From a virus (taxonomy: Duplodnaviria > Caudoviricetes), in the IMG/VR virus record IMGVR_UViG_2636415851_000001, positions 1 through 64,000 of that record: a stretch of 64,000 nucleotides of DNA; one strand, 5' to 3'. The position numbers and the translations under genes were made by a program. The notes beneath the pieces were generated by a model. That model was not told the origin of the DNA. It saw only the letters and a program-made list of their open reading frames with translations, and made no database searches. Below are positions 54,828 to 64,000 of the stretch, one piece after another (within the stretch, counting starts at the first letter, position 1; every line of letters begins with the position of its first letter).

Positions 54828-56101
54828 TGGCATCGCTGCTTCCGGCCAACGCAGGCCTTTTCGAGAAATCGTCGGAAGCAGCATTTTCGGTGCGTTGGGA
54901 TGCTCTCTCTGCCGGCGCTGACGCAGTCAGGACGGCGAAGGTAAACCCGCCGCCCTCCGTCCTTCCGTATCTCGTTTACGAGTACGGCCTTGGGGAACTG
55001 ACGCCATACATCCCGAACGCCTATGAGCTCGTGGTGGGGAGGCGCGGGATAGACTGGCAGCGCATCCGCGGGACGCCGGCTTCAGTCTACCAGGGCCTTG
55101 GGTGGCTTGGGTACACGGCCACCCTCGAGGACGCATGGCACGGGCGGGCCTACTGGAACAGCACCCAGCTTCGGTTCGGCAGCCTGCCACTTAACGACTT
55201 CCCGGACCTCGAGCGGATTGAGGGCGTCACTCGGCTGTCTCTCCCTAAGAGATCTCAGCTTCGCCGGGGCGTCTACCAGTACGATGTGACTGCAGCAGAG
55301 GCCGATAGCACGAGGCTGGATGAGTGCATGCTCGATTTCGAGAGCGGCATCTCAGTCACGCCGGCCGGGACGCTGTGGTCCTTCGGCCGCGTTACTGAGA
55401 TCGAGCATGCACTATCGCAGATCGAAGGGACCGCCATCGGGAACTGGATCGACGAGCCGGAGGAGGAAGGCCTCAAGTGGGTGCTGATGCAGTATCCGTG
55501 GCTGACAGCCACCTTCCCATGGGCGGACACCCCGACCAATCAGCGGCGCATCCTGATGGCGGCATGGTTCGTCAACCGGACCCTCTACGTGACGTTCCGT
55601 GATGAGGACGGGGAGGTTATCGGCCACCGCCGATGCCGCGCAGTCCGCCCGGTGAACAAGCGGGCTTTGGGCAGGTACTCGGTGGGCGACCAGAACTACG
55701 ACGCCGTTACCGACGGTCGCATGGTCTATATCGACGCCATGACAGATTTCGGCGACGCGGAAGACGTCGTGGCGGCGTCTGTCGAGATCACGGTAGGGGC
55801 GAGCCGGGCACCTGGTGTCAAGCCGGGCAAGCTCTGGCTCGAACCTGACGAGCTCGTTGGCGGCCACGCCATAGCGCTAAAAGAAGTGGAGATCCCTCTG
55901 CGGCGCACCGTCAGGGACCACATCAAGTTCGTCCTCGACTTCGACTCGAAGAACCTTCCGACACTCAGCTTCCACCGGACGCAGAACAGCCAGTACCTGC
56001 CGCTCCTCGCGGAGGTCATGGAGCTGGTCCCGACGCCGAAGCTGTCCTTCAACACGGTGGCGAACATACAGCTGCTGCCTCTTCTAGGAGACGACTCCTG
56101 A
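54827..56101 (+). CDS. Tail/baseplate protein I-like
   Basis: SLLPANA..FEK, LPYL, RIRGTPAS. Confidence 0.8.
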   Translation: MASLLPANAGLFEKSSEAAFSVRWDALSAGADAVRTAKVNPPPSVLPYLVYEYGLGELTPYIPNAYELVVGRRGIDWQRIRGTPASVYQGLGWLGYTATLEDAWHGRAYWNSTQLRFGSLPLNDFPDLERIEGVTRLSLPKRSQLRRGVYQYDVTAAEADSTRLDECMLDFESGISVTPAGTLWSFGRVTEIEHALSQIEGTAIGNWIDEPEEEGLKWVLMQYPWLTATFPWADTPTNQRRILMAAWFVNRTLYVTFRDEDGEVIGHRRCRAVRPVNKRALGRYSVGDQNYDAVTDGRMVYIDAMTDFGDAEDVVAASVEITVGASRAPGVKPGKLWLEPDELVGGHAIALKEVEIPLRRTVRDHIKFVLDFDSKNLPTLSFHRTQNSQYLPLLAEVMELVPTPKLSFNTVANIQLLPLLGDDS

Positions 56102-56511
56102 TGCCTACCTTTCAGATCTTGGACGCTGATCTTGTAAAGCAGCCATTCACCCCCAACCCGGACCCCGCCAAGGGTGAAAAGCAGGACTTGGCCAACGAGC
56201 TCCTCGCCGATGTTCTTGAGGCCTTGCTGAAGAAGGTTGGCACCCGCGCATACGGCGCTGCATCAAGCATGCCCGTGAGCGACACCACCGTTCTCAGCTC
56301 GCCCATCATCGCCGGCGAGGTTCTGCTTCACGCATCTGAGAAGATGTACGTCGCAGCGGTGGCCGAGACGGGCACGCCGACGATCACGGACGAGACGGGG
56401 ATCCCGCTCGAGGCCGGCGAGAAATTCCACATGCAGATCACCACCGGCCAGCGGATCGCAGCGATCCGTGACCTTGTCGACGGCGTGCTGCACATCGCTC
56501 CAGTCCTCTAA
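56101..56511 (+). CDS. Hypothetical tail-associated protein
   Basis: 136 aa ORF coupled to gene I. Confidence 0.65.
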   Translation: MPTFQILDADLVKQPFTPNPDPAKGEKQDLANELLADVLEALLKKVGTRAYGAASSMPVSDTTVLSSPIIAGEVLLHASEKMYVAAVAETGTPTITDETGIPLEAGEKFHMQITTGQRIAAIRDLVDGVLHIAPVL

Positions 56512-56523
56512 CCGGAGGCACCC

Positions 56524-56664
56524 ATGCTTGGAATTGGAATTACCGGGGCGGTCGGCCGGATAGGCAGCACCGTCAAGACGGCAGGCGTGCCTGCTTTTCT
56601 CACCAAGGCCGACGGCTCGCCGATCACCAAGGCCGACAATAGCTACATCCTGAAGGGAGCCTGA
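56524..56664 (+). CDS. 46 aa peptide preceding the tailspike (MLGIGITG...)
   Basis: Translated by hand; GGAGG RBS; TKAD repeated twice. Confidence 0.55.
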   Translation: MLGIGITGAVGRIGSTVKTAGVPAFLTKADGSPITKADNSYILKGA

Positions 56665-56665
56665 C

Positions 56666-58582
56666 ATGGCCGCAAATCACGGACCACTGGCTGCCTACCT
56701 CGAAGACATGATGGCCGGCAACGAGACGGTCACAGGGGAAGCGCACGCCGTCCTTTCCGCCTTGAGGCGGTCCGTCGGCATTCTTGCCTCGCCGTCCTTC
56801 GCCAACCTGGGTGTGCTGTTTTCCTATGGCGTCGCCCCTGGGCGGCTGCCCGTCGGCCCCGGCGATGTGGTGGAAGTCCCGCGCCTTGGCGCATCCTACG
56901 ACGTGGTCGCCCCTGATGCGACGGAGTTCGACCTGGACTTCACCAGCTCCGGCGGCGTGAAGCTCAATGTCCGGCGGCGCGATGGCGCCTACTATGCCGT
57001 CGACTTCGGGGCAGCCGGCGACCTGTCGGCGGACGATCTGATCCCCGTTCAGAAGGCCGTTTACAAGGGCGGGCTGGTCCGCCTGCATCAGCACTACCTA
57101 TCGGGAGGTGTGAAGTACCGGACCAAGACCACGATCGAAGGGTACGGGTACGACAACAGTTTCCTGAGTCTCGACCCGGCCGTCAACGACGACGTCCTCT
57201 CTTCCGAGGGCACGGGGCTGGAGGATGTCACACTCCGCCGCTTCGGCATCACCGGAAACTATGTGAATGACGAGCCGATCAAGGGCCACCATGGCCTGAT
57301 CGCCCATGACATTGCCGGCCTCACGATCGAGGGGATCGGCATCAAGGACACCAAGGAGTTCGCGGCACTCATTTGGGGCTGCCGGGACTTCATGATCACC
57401 GAGAACCGGGTCAGAACAGAGGGCATCAACAGAGACGGCTTCAAGCTGCTCTCATCCCGCGGCGGCACCTTCACCGGGAACGACATCGAGTCCGGCGATG
57501 ACTGCGTCTCGGTGTCCGGTGAGGCTGATTTCGCCGGCAACGTCGTCATCGGCATGAACCGCCTTCGGAGCACTTACGCCCGGTGCGTCTACGTCAACAC
57601 AACGCAGGCGGTGCCTGGCCCTGTCGGCAAGACGACCGTCATCGGCAACATCTGTGACCATTCCGATACGACCGCAATCGTCGTCGAGATCTACGACGGT
57701 CCCGAGAGGATCGGCGAGGTCATGGTCACGAAGAACCAGATTTCCGGCTTCGGCAAGAGGGTAAACAACCCCAACGGCCGGCTGGAAGCTGTCCGCGTGA
57801 CCGGCAAGGTCGGCCACCTGATCAAGAAGGTCATGGTGGACGAGAACATGATCACGCTGGACGGCGCTCCGACCGACCAGGTCGCCAAGCTGGTCAATGT
57901 GACCCTCGCCGAAGATGTTTCAGTCTGCCGGAATACGATCGAGCTCGACCAGGAAGTGCTGCCCGAAAGCGCAGGCATCCAGATCGGCAGCGAAAACGAG
58001 CCGGTTTACGACTTCGCGGCGGACGGCAACCGGATCAACATGAAGGGGCATGGCTCCTACGGGATGAACATCTCCCGCGCCAGCGACGGAACGACCAACG
58101 ACAACAAGATCAAGGGCGCGCCGATCGCCATCCGCGGCATTGGCGACGCCACCAACCCGTGCACGGATGTATCGGCTCGCCGGAACAAGATCACCGACCC
58201 GTATGGCGTGATGCAGAAGGCCATCGCAACGCTGAATAACTCCAGCGATTGGACGGCAGAAGGCAACGACATCAAGAACGCCGCCATCGCGAAGAACATC
58301 GACTTGGTCGGCACGGGCAACAGGATCCGAGGCAACAAGGGCTTTGCCACGTCGAACAGGGGGACGTTCGTCATCCCCGCTGCGGCGAACGTGCAGACCA
58401 TCTCGCACTTCCTGCAGATCACCCCGCCGGTCGGCAGCATCAAGATCACGCCGATCACGAGTCTCGGGGCCGCCTCCAAGTGGCGGATCCCCCGCGCCGA
58501 GGTGACCGGCGGCACATTCAAGGTCTACCTCGACGTCAACCCTGGCGTCGATGTCAGCTTTGAGTGGGAGATCACGGACTGA
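56666..58582 (+). CDS. Tailspike / polysaccharide depolymerase (right-handed beta-helix)
   Basis: VDFGAAGD..ADD...QKA start; DGF, GDDCVSV; many N-x-I beta-helix repeats. Confidence 0.8.
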   Translation: MAANHGPLAAYLEDMMAGNETVTGEAHAVLSALRRSVGILASPSFANLGVLFSYGVAPGRLPVGPGDVVEVPRLGASYDVVAPDATEFDLDFTSSGGVKLNVRRRDGAYYAVDFGAAGDLSADDLIPVQKAVYKGGLVRLHQHYLSGGVKYRTKTTIEGYGYDNSFLSLDPAVNDDVLSSEGTGLEDVTLRRFGITGNYVNDEPIKGHHGLIAHDIAGLTIEGIGIKDTKEFAALIWGCRDFMITENRVRTEGINRDGFKLLSSRGGTFTGNDIESGDDCVSVSGEADFAGNVVIGMNRLRSTYARCVYVNTTQAVPGPVGKTTVIGNICDHSDTTAIVVEIYDGPERIGEVMVTKNQISGFGKRVNNPNGRLEAVRVTGKVGHLIKKVMVDENMITLDGAPTDQVAKLVNVTLAEDVSVCRNTIELDQEVLPESAGIQIGSENEPVYDFAADGNRINMKGHGSYGMNISRASDGTTNDNKIKGAPIAIRGIGDATNPCTDVSARRNKITDPYGVMQKAIATLNNSSDWTAEGNDIKNAAIAKNIDLVGTGNRIRGNKGFATSNRGTFVIPAAANVQTISHFLQITPPVGSIKITPITSLGAASKWRIPRAEVTGGTFKVYLDVNPGVDVSFEWEITD

Positions 58583-58636
58583 AATCACAGCGTCGCCTGA
58601 CCCGGGGCGGCGCTCATCCCATCCTGAGAGGTTCTC

Positions 58637-61600
58637 ATGTACGAGCACGAAAGCGGCTTGCCACTCGCCTATGACCGCGCCACCGGCAAACAGGAACTGC
58701 AGGGCGTCGTCTTCCATGGCGAGCGCCGCTTCATCCAAGGGGCGGAGCTCAACGACCTCCAGACAATCCAGCGGGAACGCTCGGCCCGGGTGGGGCGCCT
58801 GATCGCCAGCGACGGCGACAGGATCGAACGAGCCGATGGCTTTGTAGACGTTGCCGCCGGTACGGTCACGCTGACCTCCGGCAAGATCTACGTCAACGGC
58901 GACGTCTTCCCTGTCGAGGAAGCGGTCCTTTCGTCGGTCCCGATGGTCGGCCGCGTCGAGATCGGCGTTCGGCTCACCAAAAGCTACGTCACTCACGAAG
59001 ACGATCCGTCTCTTCTCGGCCTGGTGCAGGGCTCTCTCGCTGAGGGGGAGCCGGGCGCGGCGCGGGAAGTGGGCTCGATCGCATGGGCCCTCGAAGGGGA
59101 TGAGGGCGAAGGCCAGTTCTATGCGGTGTATGTCCTTCAGGACGGCACCATCCTCGACCAGACCGGACCGTCAATGCTCGAGCCGGTCATGCAGCAGCTG
59201 GCAATCTACGACCGACCGAACGGCAACTACATCGTGACCGGCAACAGGGTGACCGCCCTGGGGGCGAACGGTGGAAAGCAGCTGTTCGCGATCGAGGAGG
59301 GCGAGGCCAACATCAACGGTTTCAAGCGCACCCGGTACGCAGCGCTCCGGTACGAAGAGGAAGAGGTGTGGGAAGAGGGGGCAATCCCCGGAGAGACCCA
59401 TGTCTATCCCGGCGGGGCGAGCTACACCTTCAGCGTCGACTTCGCCCCCATCGGCGTCATCAACTCGATCCTCCTGACGAAGGAGAAGACGGTCACGGTG
59501 ACTCGAGGAGCGATCGCGCACGGCGCTGATGCTCTCCCGGACACAAGCGTTATTGCGATTCTGTCGGTTACGCAGGGGGCTACGACTTTCGACGCGGTGA
59601 CCAGCTGGAACCGGGTCAATAACTCGGTTGATTGGGCACCGGGTGGCCCGGAGCCGGTCAGCGGTTCGACGTACACGGTTACCTACCGGTACCGGGACGC
59701 GGTTGCCCCGACGTCGGCCACGGACTCTGAGATCACCGTCGCGAATGGGGCGACAGGCGGAGACATCATCGTCTCCTATACGCAGAAGCTGCCCCGGATC
59801 GACCGCATCGGCCTTCGGCAGGATGGCGCCCCGATCTACATCAAGGGCATACCTGCGCGGTCGAACCCGAAAGAGCCAACGGTACCGGCTGATGTTCTGG
59901 CGCTGTGCCAGGTCATCAATAACTGGATGTCGACCCCGATCGTCATCAATGACGGCGTGCGGTCCCTGCCGTATGCGGAGATGTGGCGGTACTTCAACCG
60001 CATCATCGACATCGACAGGCTCGTGCAGCTCGAGCGGCTGAAAAGCGGCATCGACGCCAAGGAGCCTGTCGCCAAGAAGGGGATGTTCGTCGACCCGTTC
60101 ATAGACGACACCTATCGGGATCAGGGGCAGATGCAGTCCGGCGCCATCGGCAATGGCATGCTTCAGCTTTCGATCACGCCGACCTTCTACATGGCGCCGC
60201 TTGCGGATCCGGTCATGCTCGACTGGACGGAAGAGGTCATCGTCAGCCAGGAGCTGAAGACCGCGTGTGAGAAGATCAATCCGTATGCGAACTTCATCCC
60301 CTTGCCGGGGACCATGAAGCTCTCGCCTGCGGCAGACTTCTGGACGGAGAGCCGCACCGATTGGACATCGGCGCAAACGCTCGAGTTCAACCGAGGCACC
60401 CGCACCGACGGCGGCCCGCTGCAGACGTCGACGACGGAGACGCAGCTGGTCGATCAAAGGTCGGAACTCCTCCAGTTCCTGCGGCAGATCGAAGTGGACT
60501 TCACCATCTCCGGTTTTGGAGCGGGTGAGATCCTCGAGACGCTGACGTTCGACGGGATCGACGTGAAGCCGGCAGGGACGCAGACAGCCGATGCGAACGG
60601 CGTCATCGCCGGGACGTTCACGATCCCTGAGAACGTCACTGCGGGGAGCAAGGTCGTTCGTGCCATCGGCGAAGGGGAGACAGAGGCGACAGCCATGTTC
60701 ACCGGACAGGGGACGATCGCCATCGACGTCATGCGTCGTGTCACGACGATCAACAACTGGACGGCGCCGCGCGTCGAGCGCTTCGTCGAGCAGTGGGGCA
60801 ACAACAACAACCAGTCTGACGGTGTCGGCGGGAACTCCGATCCGCAGGCTCAGATGTTCGCCGTTCCCGAGATGCGCCAGGTCGTGGGGGTTGACTTCCA
60901 CATCTGCCACGTCGGCGATGAAGGGAACCACTTGCTGGTCGACCAAGTGTCCATCAGCAACGGTTACCCGACGCTGGAGATCTTCGCTGAAGCTCTGGTT
61001 CCTATGGCTGGCGTCGCGGCCGGTACGTGGTTGGAAGCCCGGTACACTCTGCCGGTAACTTCCGCCCCGGACCGCAGGCACGCCTTCGTCATCAAGACCG
61101 ACGACAGCGACCACTCGGTATCGCTCGCGGCGCTGGGTGGTTTCGACGCCGACCAGCAGAAGAGGGTGACGTCGCATCCCTATGTGACCGGCCCGCGCTT
61201 CTCCTCAGTCAATGCGGAGACGTGGACGGCGCACCAGGATGAGGCGCTTGCCTTCCGGATCGTTGCGGCACGCTATCCCGTCACCACCAAGACCGTCGAT
61301 CTCGGCACCTACGATCTCGTCGACTGCTCTGACCTTCAGGTCCGCGCGGCTGTCGAATTGCCGGGTGCCGGCTGCAGCGTCGTCTTCGAGGTCGAGAGGC
61401 CGAACGGGACGATCTATCGTCTGCTTCCGTTCCAGATCCTCCAGTTGACGGAGTACCTGACGGAGACGGTGGAGCTGCGGGCAGTCCTGACGGGCACCTC
61501 GAAGCTCTCTCCCATCCTCTACGCTCCTGTAGAGTTGGTGGCCGGGGAGATATCGACGGGCCTTACCTACATCACCCGGGCCTTCAGCCTGGGGACGGCG

Positions 61601-61852
61601 GTGAGGATTGCGGCCTACTACAAGGCGTACCTGCCGGGCGGCGCCACGGTGACCATGGACTACTCGATCGACGATGGTCCGTGGGTGACGTTGCCTCTCG
61701 ATGAAACAGAAGCGCTTGCGTTCCCCCTTTGGGTGGAGCGGAAGCATGAAGAGACGGGCCTTACCGGCACCACCGCTCGCTTGAGGATCACAGGCACCGG
61801 GGGACCGGCTGCCCGGCTGATCGTCGGCGATCTCGGCGCCGGTATTTTCTAA
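58637..61852 (+). CDS. Large baseplate/tail protein (DUF4815-like)
   Basis: IQGAELNDLQ, YIVTG, G.ANINGF, LPRIDRI, GMFVDPF.DD..RD.G. Confidence 0.75.
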   Translation: MYEHESGLPLAYDRATGKQELQGVVFHGERRFIQGAELNDLQTIQRERSARVGRLIASDGDRIERADGFVDVAAGTVTLTSGKIYVNGDVFPVEEAVLSSVPMVGRVEIGVRLTKSYVTHEDDPSLLGLVQGSLAEGEPGAAREVGSIAWALEGDEGEGQFYAVYVLQDGTILDQTGPSMLEPVMQQLAIYDRPNGNYIVTGNRVTALGANGGKQLFAIEEGEANINGFKRTRYAALRYEEEEVWEEGAIPGETHVYPGGASYTFSVDFAPIGVINSILLTKEKTVTVTRGAIAHGADALPDTSVIAILSVTQGATTFDAVTSWNRVNNSVDWAPGGPEPVSGSTYTVTYRYRDAVAPTSATDSEITVANGATGGDIIVSYTQKLPRIDRIGLRQDGAPIYIKGIPARSNPKEPTVPADVLALCQVINNWMSTPIVINDGVRSLPYAEMWRYFNRIIDIDRLVQLERLKSGIDAKEPVAKKGMFVDPFIDDTYRDQGQMQSGAIGNGMLQLSITPTFYMAPLADPVMLDWTEEVIVSQELKTACEKINPYANFIPLPGTMKLSPAADFWTESRTDWTSAQTLEFNRGTRTDGGPLQTSTTETQLVDQRSELLQFLRQIEVDFTISGFGAGEILETLTFDGIDVKPAGTQTADANGVIAGTFTIPENVTAGSKVVRAIGEGETEATAMFTGQGTIAIDVMRRVTTINNWTAPRVERFVEQWGNNNNQSDGVGGNSDPQAQMFAVPEMRQVVGVDFHICHVGDEGNHLLVDQVSISNGYPTLEIFAEALVPMAGVAAGTWLEARYTLPVTSAPDRRHAFVIKTDDSDHSVSLAALGGFDADQQKRVTSHPYVTGPRFSSVNAETWTAHQDEALAFRIVAARYPVTTKTVDLGTYDLVDCSDLQVRAAVELPGAGCSVVFEVERPNGTIYRLLPFQILQLTEYLTETVELRAVLTGTSKLSPILYAPVELVAGEISTGLTYITRAFSLGTAVRIAAYYKAYLPGGATVTMDYSIDDGPWVTLPLDETEALAFPLWVERKHEETGLTGTTARLRITGTGGPAARLIVGDLGAGIF

Positions 61853-61861
61853 GGTAGGAAG

Positions 61862-62827
61862 ATGGCGAACACCCAGCATTTCAACATTCCGAAGCCGGAC
61901 ACCTCGGCTGATGTGGACGATGAGTTCTACCGGCTCATGGACGCATTGGATGTGGTCGACGCCATCCTCTTCACCCTCCAAACAGCCCTGGGTGGGAAAG
62001 CTAGTTCCACCCACGGGCATGGCATCCCGGACATCACTGGCCTCGAGCAGGCCTTGGCAGACAAGATGCCGAAGGACAAGCCGTTCTCGCTCGACGACCT
62101 TCAGGACGTGGAGGGGGCTGGAGACGCGGCCCTGAACTACGTCCTGGTCAAAGGGGTGGATGGCCGGTGGAGGCCGTCGTCAGCGGCGGCTGCTATCGGC
62201 AACCACCAGCATGGCGTAGGTGACATAACCGGGCTGGCGGCCCAGCTCAGTTCGATCGTCTCGAGCCTGAGGGACGGCGTTGGCTCGTCGCTCGACACGC
62301 TGAAGAAGATAGCGGCGGCGATCAACAACGACCCGAACTTCGCCGCAACGAACACAGCGGCCATGAATGGGAAGGTGTCGAAAGCTGGCGACGAGATGAC
62401 GGGGAACCTGCTCATCTCCAAAGTCAACCCGATGGTCCGCCTCCATCATCCCAACGTCAAGGTGGGTGAGCTGTACGTCGATGCTAATGGCCGCCTGATC
62501 TACCGGGACCAGGGCGGGCAGGTGCACTTCTACATCGACACAGGCGGCGGGATATGGACCCAGCAGTTGGGTCACCTGAGTGACCGGATCGAGAACCGTG
62601 CGCTCGCGTGGGCAAACGACCGGGTTGCGAACTTGGCTTTCCGAAAGACGGGTCATTTCAGCGTCACCCTTGGCAGCGGCACGCATGTATATCGCTACAG
62701 CGGGATTGTTATGGACGGGGTTACGACCGCTGGCGGGACAGCCAACCCATGGGAGCTTAGCCACATCCACTGTGCGTACCTTCAGGCCTATGACCCGGTT
62801 CGGGGCTGGGTTGCATTTAGCGGATGA
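61862..62827 (+). CDS. Tail fiber protein
   Basis: HGHGIPDITGL and HQHGVGDITGL repeats; LDTLKKIAAAINNDPNFA; KAGDEMTGNL. Confidence 0.85.
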   Translation: MANTQHFNIPKPDTSADVDDEFYRLMDALDVVDAILFTLQTALGGKASSTHGHGIPDITGLEQALADKMPKDKPFSLDDLQDVEGAGDAALNYVLVKGVDGRWRPSSAAAAIGNHQHGVGDITGLAAQLSSIVSSLRDGVGSSLDTLKKIAAAINNDPNFAATNTAAMNGKVSKAGDEMTGNLLISKVNPMVRLHHPNVKVGELYVDANGRLIYRDQGGQVHFYIDTGGGIWTQQLGHLSDRIENRALAWANDRVANLAFRKTGHFSVTLGSGTHVYRYSGIVMDGVTTAGGTANPWELSHIHCAYLQAYDPVRGWVAFSG

Positions 62828-63411
62828 TGGGGATTGCGATGAAGATCAAAAGTTACGGACATTTCACGCCCTATCAGGGCGACGTCGCGGCCTACGCATT
62901 CTTCAGGAATGAGCACGGCCATGACTGGTACGATCTGCAAAGGGGAAAGGTAGCCGGCATCGGCAAGCTGGTGGAGCTAGGGCCAAAGGGGGCCTTTGTT
63001 AAGTCGCCTCATGCGGTCTGGCTCGTGGTCGACCCGGAGGGCAGAGTTATCAATGTCGAAGTTGATCCCTCTAGGATCGTTCCTCGCGATAAGACCGTGC
63101 TCGGCATCGATGGGGCCTCACCGGGCGACTTCTCTGCCGGCATGATCTTCCAGGGCGGACAAATCCTACCTGCTCCTCCTGCTCCTCCGGCTCCCTATTA
63201 CATCAACAAGGAAACTCCTTGGATGAGGATGACGGACGAGGAAGCGGAAGCGGTCGACGTGGCATACAACGCGGCCAGCGTCAGGTTCCGCCAGTCCTAC
63301 AACTCAGCAGTCTCACTCAGGCCGGACACGGCGCTGTGGGATGAATGGAGGACGATCCTCGTCGGCGTCCTTGGGGAGCCGCGAACCGACCAGCTGCTCG
63401 AGAGAGAGTAA
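62824..63411 (+). CDS. Tail fiber assembly/chaperone protein
   Basis: FFRNEHGHDWY motif; follows the fiber gene. Confidence 0.7.
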   Translation: MMGIAMKIKSYGHFTPYQGDVAAYAFFRNEHGHDWYDLQRGKVAGIGKLVELGPKGAFVKSPHAVWLVVDPEGRVINVEVDPSRIVPRDKTVLGIDGASPGDFSAGMIFQGGQILPAPPAPPAPYYINKETPWMRMTDEEAEAVDVAYNAASVRFRQSYNSAVSLRPDTALWDEWRTILVGVLGEPRTDQLLERE

Positions 63412-63422
63412 CCCGAACACAG

Positions 63423-63448
63423 AACCCGCCCACTGAGGCGGGTTTTTT
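63423..63448 (+). terminator. Intrinsic terminator
   Basis: AACCCGCC-loop-GGCGGGTT then T-tract. Confidence 0.85.
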
Positions 63449-63509
63449 CATGCCCGCCGCAAGCGGTTTTCAACACCCCGCGTCTGCGGGCTCAAGAGAG
63501 GAACTGAAC

Positions 63510-64000
63510 ATGGCCGACATCTTTCTGCACGGCGTGGAGACCATCGAGCGCAACAACGGACCCCGCCCGGTGGAGACGATCGACACGGGCATCATCGCCC
63601 TCATCGGCACGGCGCCGGACGCCAGCGACACGCTCTGGCCGATTAACCAGGTTGTTCCGGTGTATGGCAGCAACGGCCCGGTGACCGGGCTTGGCGAGAC
63701 TGGCACGCTGCTCGATGCGATCGAAGGGATCTTCGACCAGGCGGGCCGTGTCTCTCAGACCGTGCTCGTCGTCCGCGTCGAGGAAGGCGAGGACATTTGG
63801 GAAACCATCAGCAACATCGTCGGCAACTCGGCCACCCTGACCGGCATGCACGCGCTGCGCGCCGCCAAGGCTGACCACGGCCTGACGCCGAAGCTGATCG
63901 TCGCGCCTGGCTTTACCTCGCAGCGGCCGGCGGACGGCGTCGCGTCCATCGCAGTCGGTGGGTCTGGAGGCGACGGCTACACCAGCGTCCCGACGGTGAC
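63510..64000 (+). CDS. Contractile tail sheath protein (partial, runs off the window)
   Basis: MADIFLHGVETIE...IIALIGTAPDA...GTLLDAIEGIFDQ...PKLIVAPGF. Confidence 0.9.
   Translation, partial: MADIFLHGVETIERNNGPRPVETIDTGIIALIGTAPDASDTLWPINQVVPVYGSNGPVTGLGETGTLLDAIEGIFDQAGRVSQTVLVVRVEEGEDIWETISNIVGNSATLTGMHALRAAKADHGLTPKLIVAPGFTSQRPADGVASIAVGGSGGDGYTSVPTV

Larger units (their letters stand above)
1..64000. mobile_element. Temperate prophage (lambda-like head, contractile tail), extending beyond the right edge of the window
   Basis: Integrase, cI/cro, recombination, replication, terminase, portal, capsid, baseplate and sheath genes in phage order; no host housekeeping context. Confidence 0.95.

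Noticed and set aside
59171-61177. 668 aa antisense ORF and many similar long shadow ORFs
   Set aside because: These are antisense to clear genes, as expected from high-GC codon bias, and show no motifs.
61862-63411. Diversity-generating retroelement or invertible tail fiber system
   Set aside because: No reverse transcriptase, template repeat or invertase in the window.

Overview
The window is the left ~64 kb of a large temperate prophage. The high GC, a GapR-like gene and a BTLCP peptidase point to an alphaproteobacterial, probably rhizobial, host (inference). Gene order: (1) tyrosine integrase at 1-1368; (2) a leftward PL operon with small ORFs, a C5 DNA methyltransferase, ExoX, RecT, a RecE-like nuclease and an SMC-like ATPase; (3) a cI/cro switch; (4) a rightward PR operon with HNH, MT-A70 methylase, RuvC-like, primase and DnaB helicase; (5) a second ~20 kb leftward accessory operon at 41.5-21.8 kb with a DUF3150-like protein, MoxR AAA+ ATPase, VWA-metallopeptidase, beta clamp, BTLCP peptidase, PAPS-reductase-like enzyme and N6 methylase; (6) a lambda-like cos site; (7) lambda-type head genes followed by a P2-like contractile tail, cut off in the sheath gene. 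The strongest unexplained signals are all in the accessory operon. Six divergent small paralogs share a C-terminal helix motif (L-x-P-E-E-I/V-A-R-x-x-x-x-S-L) and are interleaved with the AAA+/VWA-peptidase genes, which suggests a phage unfoldase-protease with swappable adaptors. A ~0.55 kb highly base-paired non-coding leader lies between a promoter with a putative repressor operator plus boxA and a terminator. A start-associated motif (CCCCGCAATCATG...AGGAGA...ATG) occurs about 16 times. All family assignments come from motif recognition by eye; no database searches were run.
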